The translations under genes were made by a program, and so were the position numbers. DNA of 64,000 nucleotides from an uncultured Clostridia bacterium (GTDB lineage Bacteria; Bacillota; Clostridia; Christensenellales; UBA1242): contig CAKVFI010000002.1 in NCBI GenBank assembly GCA_934746715.1, positions 245,761 through 309,760 on the forward strand, read 5' to 3'. Shown piece after piece: positions 1 to 9,633 of this stretch (the first letter of the stretch is position 1; each line of letters opens with the position of its first letter). Below the pieces are notes generated by a model. It ran no database searches. It was not told the origin of the DNA and saw only the letters and a list, made by a program, of their open reading frames with translations.

Positions 1-10
1 TTTTAATTCA

Positions 11-3000
11 TTGTTAAGAAGCAATGGAAATATGAAAATTGTTGTTGCAAATTCTCAATTTTCAAATGGTGGTGAAGTGGAAAATGGAGAAGATTTCCAC
101 GAAAGATTGTATGTGGTTGGTGCAGTTACTGACAGTGTTTTGGTGTTGGATAGTTCATATCTTTTGGGACAAGGTAGCACAGATGAACCTGGGATAACTT
201 CGGGCAACCAAGTGGCTATTAAATATTTTGGATATTACTTTAATTCAAGTAATGGTTATAAACTTGAAAAAACAAAATTTGCTTTGAATATTGAAGGAAC
301 AAAATTGCCAACATCATCAAATGCAACTATTGATGAAATTAAACAATTGTTTGCAAATGACTATGTCTACATGGCGGGCAGTTTTAATTCAAAAGTTTTG
401 TATGGTTGGGAATATAAGCCAGAAGAAATAAGCGGAAAGAACTTTAAGCTGTCATACAAAGCAACCAGCTTGACAAAGGAAGGATGTGGTTATTCTTTAA
501 CATCAAACTCTGGCGTTGACACTTGGACATATACAATAAGGAAAAATTCTGTAACAAAAACTTTTTGGTTTAAAGTTAATTATACAAATGTTAAAATAAA
601 TGGCGAAACAAAAAAACTGATTACAACGGTTGCTGGTAATGGGGACTGGTTCCCAGATGAAAGGGAAAATGCAAATTTAAGTTTGCCAATTGTGCCTATT
701 TGGGTTGATAAAAATGATGCAAGTGAAGATGTTGAAATCCATTTGATAAATCAAAAAAATACAGTTAACAATGGCTCAACAAAGGTTATCAGTGGTGTTA
801 TTGATGAAAATGGAAATGTTAAAGACGAAATTGTTTACAACTATTCATCAAATCCTAAACAAAAATTTCCATATTCATATGGTACGGCTTTTTATACTTT
901 AAATGATGATATTAAATCAACATCATTGTTTGGTGCTAGTTATACAAATCTTATAGGGTTTTCTGATACTTCCAAATATGGATTTTATAAATATGGTTAT
1001 GAGATATCGCAATATAAGGTGAGAGTTCAAAGTTTGGATAGTGGCGATATATATTTAATGTATTATTCTATATGGCAAGAAGAAACTGCAACAAGCACAA
1101 ATTACTCACCAATTGATAGGCTTGTTTCATATAACTATGGAGTTAAAGAGAATAGTGTTTCATCAATTGAATCTTCAACATTTGAAGAGTTGATTAAATC
1201 TGCAAAAAGTAAAGTTAAAGAAAAATGTGGGGTGGTTCTTCGTCTTAAAGTGTTTATTGAACCTGTTTGGAAAGAGGCCACAATAAACGTAGGTGCTAAT
1301 GGAAAAAATCAAACAATTAAATTTGATAATACTTATGATATAGGAAAACCAAATAATCAAACTCATAAAACATTTGCTTATTATTTGGTGAATAATGGTG
1401 ACAATGTTGTTGTAGACAATGCAAAATGGGATTATTACAATATTTCAAAAGATTTATATAATCATAATGTTAAAGTAAAAACTGAAACAAAATATAGTCT
1501 ATTAGCAGAATCAACTGCAATAAAAACATATCAGGAATGTAGAGATATTAGGAATAAAGGCACCTATATGACCATTGACGGGATAAGAGGATACCTTGTA
1601 AGTAATCCTCTGATTATAGGTCCAAATAGTACGGCATTTTATACTGGTTTACCAAATTTTATGCCAATTAATGGCACATGTACTGTAACACAATATCTTG
1701 TATATTCGTATATACAAACGACAAGGACAGAAAAATATGAAATTAATCTCAATCCATATTATGTTGAAAACATTTGCAAACTTAACCTTTTGGGAGCTGA
1801 TGGATTTGCTCCTGCAAAGGGCGGTGACTACAACAGCGTTGTTCAAACAAGTTCATTAAATGATGAATATACATTTAAAAATTGGGTTAATCCAACATAT
1901 AACAAATCAAAACCAATTGAAATTTACACAACTGAATTAAAATCTGGCGTGCAAACTTATCAAAATGCAATTAGCGATGACGCGTCTGATTTGGAAACTC
2001 AAAATAAATATTATTTGAGAAAAGTTTTCTCAACCAATGGAACAGATCGTTACATTTTTGTGGCACACGGACACAAAATTGGCAATCTTATTGTTGAAAA
2101 GAACGGGTTTAACAATGTTGGTTGGTCGTATAATGGCGCGGACGAAAATCCAAAAACACTTTACACAAACTCAAAATTTGATGCTGCCACTTTCCCTGCA
2201 AGTGAAAGTGAAAAATACACCATAAGGAATTATGACGACTCTGCAAATTGGCAATGGTATTACAATATTGATGGCAACAATGTTTTGGACAAAAATGGTT
2301 TGCTTATTGTGTTTGGCGATGGTGGACATGAACTGGTTAGCATTGAATTGATATTTAACACAATTAAACAAACAGATTTGCAAAAAGCACATCTTGGGTA
2401 TGTTGAAGTTGAAATCACAAATGCAGAAACTGGCGCAGTTGAAAAATATCATGTTGAATACAATGCTGCATTAGGTGATATGGCTTATTACAAATATTCA
2501 GGTTCATATCTTGAACCAGTTGAAGGCATATTTGTGATTGGTGGCGGATTGAGAAATGTTGTTGCAAATGTTTATAGTTCAATTAGATTAAGCGAATTTA
2601 AAAATAGTGATGGATATGTTGTTACAGACACATATGCAGACACATTAGGTTACAATTACACAAATTCTGTTAATGATAAATTTGACAACACAACAGCAGA
2701 TGTAACAGTTAGATTTAGTTTGCAAAAACCAAGCAATTCAAAAACAACAACTTTAACTTGGTATGGAAAATCTACCGAATTAACAAATAACAGTGTAGTA
2801 ACGGTTGATTCCAAATTTGATAGCATTGATTATGATGCAAACATTGGTTACACTATTAAAAATCAATCATCAAATAATGCCGCATACGCAAAAACTCAAA
2901 AATATTATCCAAATGGGGAATCTTCATCTGCATATCAAGATGTTTTGATAAAGCTTCTTAACAAAGTTACAGTTGAAGGCTTTGATTTGACAACACTTGA

Positions 3001-6000
3001 TTTGGAAGAGTTGTTTGGCAACGATTATGCTAGTTTGACAGCAGATGAATCAACTTTTGCTGGCTGGCTGGTTGACAAAACAGTTTTGCAAAACCTTGGA
3101 TACACTCAAAAACCTGGTCAAACAAAAACAACAGATAAATGGTATTTGAATGGCAAAACTCAATCAAATGTGTGGATTTACAAAGGATGGATTAAATTTG
3201 ATTGTTCTTCCGAATTTGAAACATTAAACAAAAAACGCGTTTTGGTTGATAAGGTAACAAAAATTTATGCTTATGGCGATTTTGTGCCAGAAGAAATTTG
3301 GGCGGATAGCACAATCTGTTATAAAGGTGCATACAAATTGCCAATTATTCCAAGTTGGAACAGCAAACACGATGTTTCTATAACAGACAAATTGGCTTAC
3401 AAAACAGATTCAACTGGAAGCGATCGCATGGTTGAAGCAGTGCTTTACAACGGAAGTTATTCTTCAAACGTAACATACAAACTTAATGGCGAAACAAATG
3501 TTGACTTTGTTTATTCAAACGCGTCTGCATTCTTGCAACCTAATCAAATTACAAGCAGCTCACTTTACAACGCTGCGGGTAAATATGGTTTGTTTAAATA
3601 CGGTCATGAAATTGCTGGTTATGAAATTTCATTCCGTTATTCTGGTGTAAATTACTATGCTTATCTCAATAGCTTGTCAGATGCAAATGTGGAATGGAAA
3701 GCTGGCATGTCCGCTTCTTCAGTTTCAGTAGATTCTGGCACATTGAGCAAAACAACATTAAAACAATTGATTCAAGCTTTCAACAACTGGACACAAGGTG
3801 ATTTTGTTTTGGCAAGTACAACAATTAATGTTGTTCCTGTTTGGGCTCGTGCAAACATATTGTTGCAAGGCTCTGCAAAAGACCAATTTGCAAACAACAG
3901 AATGAATGTTTTGTATGGTGACAGATACTCAATTTCTCGTGGGAATTGTGCAACTTTGGGCAAATCAATTGCTTATTATACAACACCTTCAAATTGCGTT
4001 GTGGTTTGCGACAGTGGCGTAAGTTCAAACCAAATTTATTGGGATTATTTGGATATCCCTTCAGTTGATTTCAAATATAACAACGGCGTTTACACATTGC
4101 CAATAACAAAGTTTGAAACTGACAATATTTACAAAGTTACATTAAGCAATTTTAGAGGAAATCTTGCTGGCGATTATGGCACAGATATTGAAGTTGCAGC
4201 ACCAAGCAAAGCATTGAATAAAAATGGAGATAATAGTTACTACTCTTATTCTTCTTGGTTAAACGCAAGTTACGATTCGGCTTATGTTGTTGAAAAGTAC
4301 GCAAAAGAATTTGCACAAGATGTGGAAAACTACATCACTGGTGTGGACAACAATGACTCAAATTTCTATTTAAGAAAAGTTTATTCTGTTGGTGGAGAAA
4401 CATATATATTTGTTGCCAACGCGCACACAATTGGCAATTTAGTTTTCCATCGTGATTATTTTGACTTGGTTGCATGGCTTTACAATGGTCAAGATGGTTC
4501 TGTTGCTTATATAACAGAAGAATATGTTGACAGAGCAAATGGTCCACATCAAAAATTGCTTGATGGCAAAACAATTAAAAATTACAACAGCAGTGAAGCA
4601 GAAAACAAGATTTGGACAATCGATATTGACAATTCAAACACACAAAATCCAACATTGTTTGCATTGTATTATCGCCCTGCTTATGAATTGAATGTGAACA
4701 CAATCAACACGGAATTGGCAAGAAAAGAATTTGTTGGTTATGCAATAATTTCGGTTAAGGATAGCGTTGTGGCAGCCGGAGAAGATGGCTCTGCAACATG
4801 CACATATGTGGCAAAATATAACAGTGATGAATCTGTGCAGGATATGGTTCTTTACAAAATTAACAACACTGGGGAGATAACCGATTTGCACAAATTGAGC
4901 AAAGCAGGATTGGACAAATATGAAATTGTTGATTCTGTTATTATCTATTCAGGTTGTGATGTTGATATCTTCGTTGTTGACCAAAGCAAGGTTGAAGATT
5001 TGTCAGCAACAAACGAATATTATGACAACATGATTGGCTATAAGTTCAGTAATGCAATTGATTGCACAATTAATGGCACAGCACAATCGGTTAAAGCAAG
5101 GTATGATTACACAATTTCATTCAACACAAAACAATATGTTGGAGAAAATCCTGTTATAACAGGGCTTTTAAGCGCTGACAATATTAATTTGGAATCCAGC
5201 GACGAAATTGTTGTTGACATTTTGTTTGAACCAATCAAATACAGCACAACAATTGGCTTAACAATTGTAGATGCTGGCGAAATGCATATCACAAACAACA
5301 CAAATTACGAAACAAAAACGACCAAAACTCCTTACACTTTAACATCTTTAAAACGCAATAACTCATACAAAATTTATTATTACGCATATGCTGGTTATGG
5401 TTTGAGCAACAACAACTTCACTCTTGTTAATTCAAGCGTGAATGTGCTTAAAACCTTGTCAGATTCAGCGTCAGACAAAGAAAATCAAACATATGATTTC
5501 AATTTGACTGGCAGTTGGTTGAGAATGTTCTATTATAAGAACGGACCATATAATGTTGAAAATGATGAAAATGCAACATATCAGTTTGTTGGCAACATCA
5601 ACATTAACAACATTTTGCTTGAATTTGATGTTAGATATTTGGTGTTTGTTGGCGATGAAAATGTTCAAAGCAATGCATTGAATAATGGCTTGAACAACAT
5701 CGTTTCAGCGGGCTGGAAACTTGGCGAAAACTTAACTTGGACATTGTCTCAAACATCAGCAAATGATGCAGACGGCAATTTTGCAACTTACTATTATTCT
5801 CAAGGCGAGATGTACGCAATCATCAGCAGTTGGGCACGTCAACCAAGGAATATTAGCAACAGAAACAAATTTGCAAAAAATTATGCATTCTTGCTTAAAA
5901 CTCAACCAATTGAATCTTACACAATTGACACAGACAATTTGTTTGATATGGTTGAAACAAACAGGGGTATAATTGTTCCAAAACAAAACAGAACAATGTA

Positions 6001-8086
6001 CTTGGCAATGCAAGTTATGCCTATGTACAAAATTGAAATGCAAATTGCAATTAATGAAAATGACACAAACTGCACAGAAAGAACTCTCACAGTTAACAAC
6101 GGCAATGGTAACTCTGTTGCATTGATTGCAAAAGCAGGCCACAGTCAGGACACAACCACATTTATTTACACATACTTGGGGTTGGAAAACACAATTGCAT
6201 CAACTTACGATGAAAAATATTACATTGCAGTGAATTACACAAACGCAACAACCAATTCCAGTGTTGAATCACCATTCACAACTGATCAACACATGACATT
6301 GAAAGCAACATTCACTCCAAAGGAATTGCCAATCAATTTGTCGTTTAATTACAACAACGAGCAAATCACACAAGAGCAAGCATTAACATTCCTTGTTGGT
6401 TGGAATATGCCTGTTACACGTGGGCAATTGAACAACATTCAAAATGCTCCAAAAGAAGGGTTTGTTGTAACAAACGATACAATTGAATTTGTTTACACAG
6501 TAAGCATTTGGTATCATGTTGTTATTGCAGTGAATGGCGACAGCGAAAGAGTTGACGCTGCAAACAAAATTTACATCAAAAATGAAGATTATCAAACTGG
6601 CAAAATTGACATTGTTGTTAACATCAACGACAAACAAAGGGGTATGATTATCCTAAAAGTTGTTGGCGACAATTCAAATGGAACAACATTCCATGACGCG
6701 GACAACGCTGCATTGCTTGAATTTGCAAACTTGTACATCAATGGTGTTAACAGTGCAAAATCTGGCATATTTATTGAAGGTTATCCAGTTAGCATCAAAT
6801 TTGCAGATATTCCAAAAGGCTATCGTTACATGGGGCTTAGGAAGGATAATGGCGGCATAGACTCTAAATATGTTGTTGAAGGTTCTGTTATTTCAATCAC
6901 AAATGGCGTAAGGCCTGCTAACATGACAGAAGATGAATATGTAAGCAGCATTGAAGGTGTTTACTACGCAGTGTTCCAAAAAGTTGTTGTAAACACAGAA
7001 ATGACTTTAACTGCAAAAAACAAAAACAATTATTCTTATAGGTCAGACAGTCAACAAGCTGTTTGGGATTTGAACAAACTTGTGCTTACAAAAGGTGTTA
7101 GCGTAAACGACACAATCACATTCAATCGCATTAAAAACCTTGAAAATGAAGAATTGGATTACTACTATTACATCGACAGCACTGGCGAGCACCAAGTTTA
7201 CGACAACAAAATTGTTATCACAAACGAGTTGCTTGAAGCACTTGACGGTGAGTTTAAAGACAAAGCAAAAACTTTGGTTCTTGGTGTTGTTAACAAATTG
7301 AAATATTATATTACAATCAACATTGATGAAGCAAATTATGATTGCTTGCAAACATTGCTTGTTAATGATGAACCTTGCAACAAGTTGAATGATTTAACTT
7401 ACATCAGCAAATATTATTACGAAAACACAATCATTAATTTGAAAGTTGAATCAATCAACAAAGAAAAATATTCAATTAAAGTTACTGGCGATTACGGCTT
7501 CTCTGGCGCTCAAATTGACAATAAGTTTAGCTTAACTCAAGACGCAAATTTGATTGTTTCAATTTACAAAAACACATTTACAATGTCAGTTGAAGAAAAA
7601 TTGTTTGCCGACATTGTTGAACTTAACACAAACAATCCACAAACCTTAACAGGGGATAAGTTAATCAACAAAAATTCCGACAACAATTCAACACTTGACG
7701 GCACAAAATTTGTTTATCAAAATCAAACAAAAGTGGACATCAAACAAGCGGACGGGGAAGGCGACAACAAAAAACTTTTAACACAACTTGTGTTGACAGA
7801 CGAAAACTTGTCAATTCAATTTAACATTGATTGGAACAAGGAAGATATCTCAAATTGCTTTGTTGTTAAAAACAGCGCAGGCGAGCAACTGGTGGCAGAA
7901 ACATCAGCAACACGCGACACCGCAAACAGCAACAAAATCAATTTAACAGTTGTGGTTGACAGTGTTGTTTACTCTTATTCGTTTGAACTCCTTTCTTCAA
8001 ACAATGTTCAATTGACATTTGTTGGAGTTGGCAACTGCAATTTAACTTTGATTTACACTTCAATCAAACTTATTACAGTAAGTTAA
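11..8086 (+). CDS. Giant secreted/surface protein, 5'-partial (frame is open to the window edge), with internally duplicated modules and degenerate Listeria-Bacteroides-type repeat signatures
   Basis: Uninterrupted 2691-codon ORF with no in-frame stop between nt 2 and 11 and no signal peptide at the visible N-terminus. Paralogous blocks are present, e.g. KYGFYKYGYEISQYKV (nt ~971) vs KYGLFKYGHEIAGYEI (nt ~3578), and YLRKVFSTNGTDRYIFVAHGHKIGNL (nt ~2005) vs YLRKVYSVGGETYIFVANAHTIGNL (nt ~4363). Recurrent aromatic-x-x-W motifs occur (FAGWLVD, VGWSYNG, VAWLYNG). Confidence 0.8.
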   Translation: MLRSNGNMKIVVANSQFSNGGEVENGEDFHERLYVVGAVTDSVLVLDSSYLLGQGSTDEPGITSGNQVAIKYFGYYFNSSNGYKLEKTKFALNIEGTKLPTSSNATIDEIKQLFANDYVYMAGSFNSKVLYGWEYKPEEISGKNFKLSYKATSLTKEGCGYSLTSNSGVDTWTYTIRKNSVTKTFWFKVNYTNVKINGETKKLITTVAGNGDWFPDERENANLSLPIVPIWVDKNDASEDVEIHLINQKNTVNNGSTKVISGVIDENGNVKDEIVYNYSSNPKQKFPYSYGTAFYTLNDDIKSTSLFGASYTNLIGFSDTSKYGFYKYGYEISQYKVRVQSLDSGDIYLMYYSIWQEETATSTNYSPIDRLVSYNYGVKENSVSSIESSTFEELIKSAKSKVKEKCGVVLRLKVFIEPVWKEATINVGANGKNQTIKFDNTYDIGKPNNQTHKTFAYYLVNNGDNVVVDNAKWDYYNISKDLYNHNVKVKTETKYSLLAESTAIKTYQECRDIRNKGTYMTIDGIRGYLVSNPLIIGPNSTAFYTGLPNFMPINGTCTVTQYLVYSYIQTTRTEKYEINLNPYYVENICKLNLLGADGFAPAKGGDYNSVVQTSSLNDEYTFKNWVNPTYNKSKPIEIYTTELKSGVQTYQNAISDDASDLETQNKYYLRKVFSTNGTDRYIFVAHGHKIGNLIVEKNGFNNVGWSYNGADENPKTLYTNSKFDAATFPASESEKYTIRNYDDSANWQWYYNIDGNNVLDKNGLLIVFGDGGHELVSIELIFNTIKQTDLQKAHLGYVEVEITNAETGAVEKYHVEYNAALGDMAYYKYSGSYLEPVEGIFVIGGGLRNVVANVYSSIRLSEFKNSDGYVVTDTYADTLGYNYTNSVNDKFDNTTADVTVRFSLQKPSNSKTTTLTWYGKSTELTNNSVVTVDSKFDSIDYDANIGYTIKNQSSNNAAYAKTQKYYPNGESSSAYQDVLIKLLNKVTVEGFDLTTLDLEELFGNDYASLTADESTFAGWLVDKTVLQNLGYTQKPGQTKTTDKWYLNGKTQSNVWIYKGWIKFDCSSEFETLNKKRVLVDKVTKIYAYGDFVPEEIWADSTICYKGAYKLPIIPSWNSKHDVSITDKLAYKTDSTGSDRMVEAVLYNGSYSSNVTYKLNGETNVDFVYSNASAFLQPNQITSSSLYNAAGKYGLFKYGHEIAGYEISFRYSGVNYYAYLNSLSDANVEWKAGMSASSVSVDSGTLSKTTLKQLIQAFNNWTQGDFVLASTTINVVPVWARANILLQGSAKDQFANNRMNVLYGDRYSISRGNCATLGKSIAYYTTPSNCVVVCDSGVSSNQIYWDYLDIPSVDFKYNNGVYTLPITKFETDNIYKVTLSNFRGNLAGDYGTDIEVAAPSKALNKNGDNSYYSYSSWLNASYDSAYVVEKYAKEFAQDVENYITGVDNNDSNFYLRKVYSVGGETYIFVANAHTIGNLVFHRDYFDLVAWLYNGQDGSVAYITEEYVDRANGPHQKLLDGKTIKNYNSSEAENKIWTIDIDNSNTQNPTLFALYYRPAYELNVNTINTELARKEFVGYAIISVKDSVVAAGEDGSATCTYVAKYNSDESVQDMVLYKINNTGEITDLHKLSKAGLDKYEIVDSVIIYSGCDVDIFVVDQSKVEDLSATNEYYDNMIGYKFSNAIDCTINGTAQSVKARYDYTISFNTKQYVGENPVITGLLSADNINLESSDEIVVDILFEPIKYSTTIGLTIVDAGEMHITNNTNYETKTTKTPYTLTSLKRNNSYKIYYYAYAGYGLSNNNFTLVNSSVNVLKTLSDSASDKENQTYDFNLTGSWLRMFYYKNGPYNVENDENATYQFVGNININNILLEFDVRYLVFVGDENVQSNALNNGLNNIVSAGWKLGENLTWTLSQTSANDADGNFATYYYSQGEMYAIISSWARQPRNISNRNKFAKNYAFLLKTQPIESYTIDTDNLFDMVETNRGIIVPKQNRTMYLAMQVMPMYKIEMQIAINENDTNCTERTLTVNNGNGNSVALIAKAGHSQDTTTFIYTYLGLENTIASTYDEKYYIAVNYTNATTNSSVESPFTTDQHMTLKATFTPKELPINLSFNYNNEQITQEQALTFLVGWNMPVTRGQLNNIQNAPKEGFVVTNDTIEFVYTVSIWYHVVIAVNGDSERVDAANKIYIKNEDYQTGKIDIVVNINDKQRGMIILKVVGDNSNGTTFHDADNAALLEFANLYINGVNSAKSGIFIEGYPVSIKFADIPKGYRYMGLRKDNGGIDSKYVVEGSVISITNGVRPANMTEDEYVSSIEGVYYAVFQKVVVNTEMTLTAKNKNNYSYRSDSQQAVWDLNKLVLTKGVSVNDTITFNRIKNLENEELDYYYYIDSTGEHQVYDNKIVITNELLEALDGEFKDKAKTLVLGVVNKLKYYITINIDEANYDCLQTLLVNDEPCNKLNDLTYISKYYYENTIINLKVESINKEKYSIKVTGDYGFSGAQIDNKFSLTQDANLIVSIYKNTFTMSVEEKLFADIVELNTNNPQTLTGDKLINKNSDNNSTLDGTKFVYQNQTKVDIKQADGEGDNKKLLTQLVLTDENLSIQFNIDWNKEDISNCFVVKNSAGEQLVAETSATRDTANSNKINLTVVVDSVVYSYSFELLSSNNVQLTFVGVGNCNLTLIYTSIKLITVS

Positions 8087-8097
8087 ACAAAAAACAA

Positions 8098-8128
8098 AGA
8101 TACACTCAAAATGGGTGTATCTTTTTTT
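8098..8128 (+). terminator. Rho-independent terminator of the giant gene
   Basis: Stem AGATACAC/GTGTATCT with a 9-nt loop, followed by T7. Confidence 0.8.
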
Positions 8129-8168
8129 ATAAGTCCACAAGACAATGGTTATTTTTAATTCTCAGTTC

Positions 8169-8210
8169 TGTCATACCGAGAATTGCTTGCAATTCGAGTG
8201 TATCTTTTTT
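8169..8210 (+). repeat. Hairpin repeat, copy A1 (TGTCAT-ACCGAG-[GAATTG CTTG CAATTC]-GAGTGTATC-T-run)
   Basis: Same flanks as the copy at 11865-11904. The inner 6-bp stem is fully substituted yet still complementary, with an identical CTTG loop. Confidence 0.75.
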
Positions 8211-8223
8211 GGTAAAATCCAAT

Positions 8224-8252
8224 TGTCATTCTGAGCGCAGCCGAAGAATCTC
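8224..8252 (+). repeat. Hairpin repeat, copy B1 (TGTC-ATTCT-GAGCG..CGA-AGAAT-CTC)
   Basis: Shares the TGTCAT..GAG....CGA..ATCTC frame with 8283-8321 and 11910-11949. The 5-bp stem covaries. Confidence 0.7.
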
Positions 8253-8282
8253 TAAACGAAGAGCAGCCTGTTGCAAAGCACG

Positions 8283-8321
8283 GAGATGTTTCGACTCCGT
8301 TGCACTACGCTCAACATGACA
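8283..8321 (-). repeat. Hairpin repeat, copy B2 (reverse orientation; rc = TGTC-ATGTT-GAGCG...TCGA-AACAT-CTC)
   Basis: The reverse complement matches the family frame. The stem ATGTT/AACAT is complementary. Confidence 0.7.
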
Positions 8322-8431
8322 AAAGGTAATAAAAACTTTGATGTTTAATTTTGTTTTTTGTGTTTTAGCACTCACAAAATTAATAGTTTGCCAAAAAAAT
8401 GACAATTTTGCAAAAACTTGTTGTTTTTTGT

Positions 8432-8461
8432 TTGACTATTTATGTCGAATTATTATACAAT
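8432..8461 (+). promoter_or_regulatory. Candidate sigma-A promoter for the long leader and TasA-like gene
   Basis: TTGACT (8432-8437), 18-nt spacer, TACAAT (8456-8461). Confidence 0.4.
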
Positions 8462-8469
8462 CAAAATGA

Positions 8470-8880
8470 CAAGTGAATGATGTCGATGTAGTTTGCATGT
8501 CAAAAAATTATAGGCAAACTTGGTGTGGCAACGCACCGAGATTGTTAGGGTTAAGAGCCCTACAAGTAAATTTGCAAATTTGTTTGTAGTGATACAAACT
8601 TCTGCACTCGAATTGTACACACCGGGTGCGGAAATCGGTTCAATTTGCTTGTATGCAACAAACGCGCATTGCGTGTTTGGTCGACATCAGGCATTTAGGG
8701 AACACTTTTGGCATCAGCCAAAAGTTAGTTGGCAAAACTTAAAATGCCATGAGTTAAATTGTCCGTTGGTCGAAACAATCGCAACAATTTAACTTCGCTT
8801 TGTTTACGCAAAGCAAAATACTTCTTGTTTGGCTTTGCCAAAACAGGAATTTTAAAAAATTTTAAAGGGGAAAAATAAAA
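8470..8880 (+). promoter_or_regulatory. Long structured 5' leader (about 400 nt) upstream of the expressed TasA-like gene; class unknown
   Basis: GC content is visibly higher than in normal intergenic DNA here. It contains many perfect local hairpins (TAGGG/CCCTA, GTTTGT/ACAAAC, ACTTTTGGC/GCCAAAAGT, GGCATTT...AAATGCC enclosing stem). The only ORF (8520-8792) has a TTG start, no RBS and atypical W/H/C-rich composition. Confidence 0.45.
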
Positions 8881-9528
8881 ATGACAAAAATGAAATCTAA
8901 AAAGATGACAAAGTCAACATTTGCAATCATTATAATGGGAATTGTGATGGTAGCTATGCTCGCTTTCGGCGGCACTTTCGCGTTGTTTACTGCTCAAGCT
9001 AGCACAAAAACCAGTGCTGAATTCACAACAGGTACAATTAAATTGACATCTGGCGTTACATTTGCCTCTGAAACAGATGCAAACATTTTACCAGGTTCAA
9101 AAATTACAACTGCAGCTATCACAGTTAAGCCAGAAGCTGTCGGCACAAAATCTTTTGTTGCTGTTAAACTCACAATTACAGGTACAGGTTCAGTTGATGA
9201 TTTAAATTTGAATAATGTCCTTGCCGATGGTTGGGTAGCTTTAACCGGTGAAAATAAAGGTATCTATGTTTATGCTACCGGCACAAACGATACTGATTAC
9301 GCATTCGCAGAAATGAATGCTGAAACAAATTTTACAAAAGATGCTATTCTTTATGATGCAACAAGCAACTCACTTGACGATCAAGCTGGTGCAAAAATGG
9401 GCTTGACATATAAAATTGAAGTTCGTGCAGCATCTGTTCAATCAACATATGGTGACACAGCATTGTCAAAAGAACAAGCTATTGCAGCATTAGTTGAAAA
9501 GCTTGCTGGCACACCTGCAAAAGTTTAA
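8881..9528 (+). CDS. TasA/camelysin-family secreted protein with SipW-type signal peptide (expressed copy)
   Basis: RBS GGGGAAAA upstream. The N-terminus has a K-rich n-region, an h-region and GGTFALFTA, typical of SipW-cognate signal peptides. The body is beta-rich and about 180 aa. Confidence 0.75.
   Translation: MTKMKSKKMTKSTFAIIIMGIVMVAMLAFGGTFALFTAQASTKTSAEFTTGTIKLTSGVTFASETDANILPGSKITTAAITVKPEAVGTKSFVAVKLTITGTGSVDDLNLNNVLADGWVALTGENKGIYVYATGTNDTDYAFAEMNAETNFTKDAILYDATSNSLDDQAGAKMGLTYKIEVRAASVQSTYGDTALSKEQAIAALVEKLAGTPAKV
8931..8981 (+). repeat. Inverted repeat, left arm (51 nt, perfect)
   Basis: TATAATGGGAATTGTGATGGTAGCTATGCTCGCTTTCGGCGGCACTTTCGC is identical to the reverse complement of 11497-11547. 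Confidence 0.95.
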
Positions 9529-9544
9529 TTTTGTATTAGATTAA

Positions 9545-9569
9545 AAAACACGCATTAGCGTGTTTTTTT
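9545..9569 (+). terminator. Rho-independent terminator
   Basis: AAACACGC-ATTA-GCGTGTTT followed by a T-run. Confidence 0.8.
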
Positions 9570-9633
9570 GTCGGTTCGAATTTTTTATTTGATAATTTTT
9601 GTAATATTTTGTATTATGATTTTGGGAGTAGAT

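Noticed and set aside
1175-7351. Numerous 60-130-codon ORFs on the - strand and in alternate frames inside the giant gene
   Set aside because: All are nested in the 2691-codon ORF, lack RBSs and have Cys/Phe/Ile-rich antisense composition. They are artefacts of a long AT-rich coding region.
8443-8449. Perfect Spo0A box TGTCGAA in the spacer of the candidate promoter
   Set aside because: A 7-mer is expected several times by chance in 64 kb on two strands, and there is no clustering of boxes here.
8520-8792. 90-codon ORF in the leader upstream of the TasA-like gene
   Set aside because: It has a TTG start, no RBS and a W/H/C/R-rich composition unlike every credible protein in this AT-rich window. 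The region is better explained as structured RNA.
8796-8818. c-di-GMP-I riboswitch hint (ACGCAAAGC word)
   Set aside because: The 9-mer is just the 3' arm of a simple GCTTTG/CAAAGC hairpin. The flanking GEMM features (GGCAAACC, tetraloop/receptor pair) are absent.
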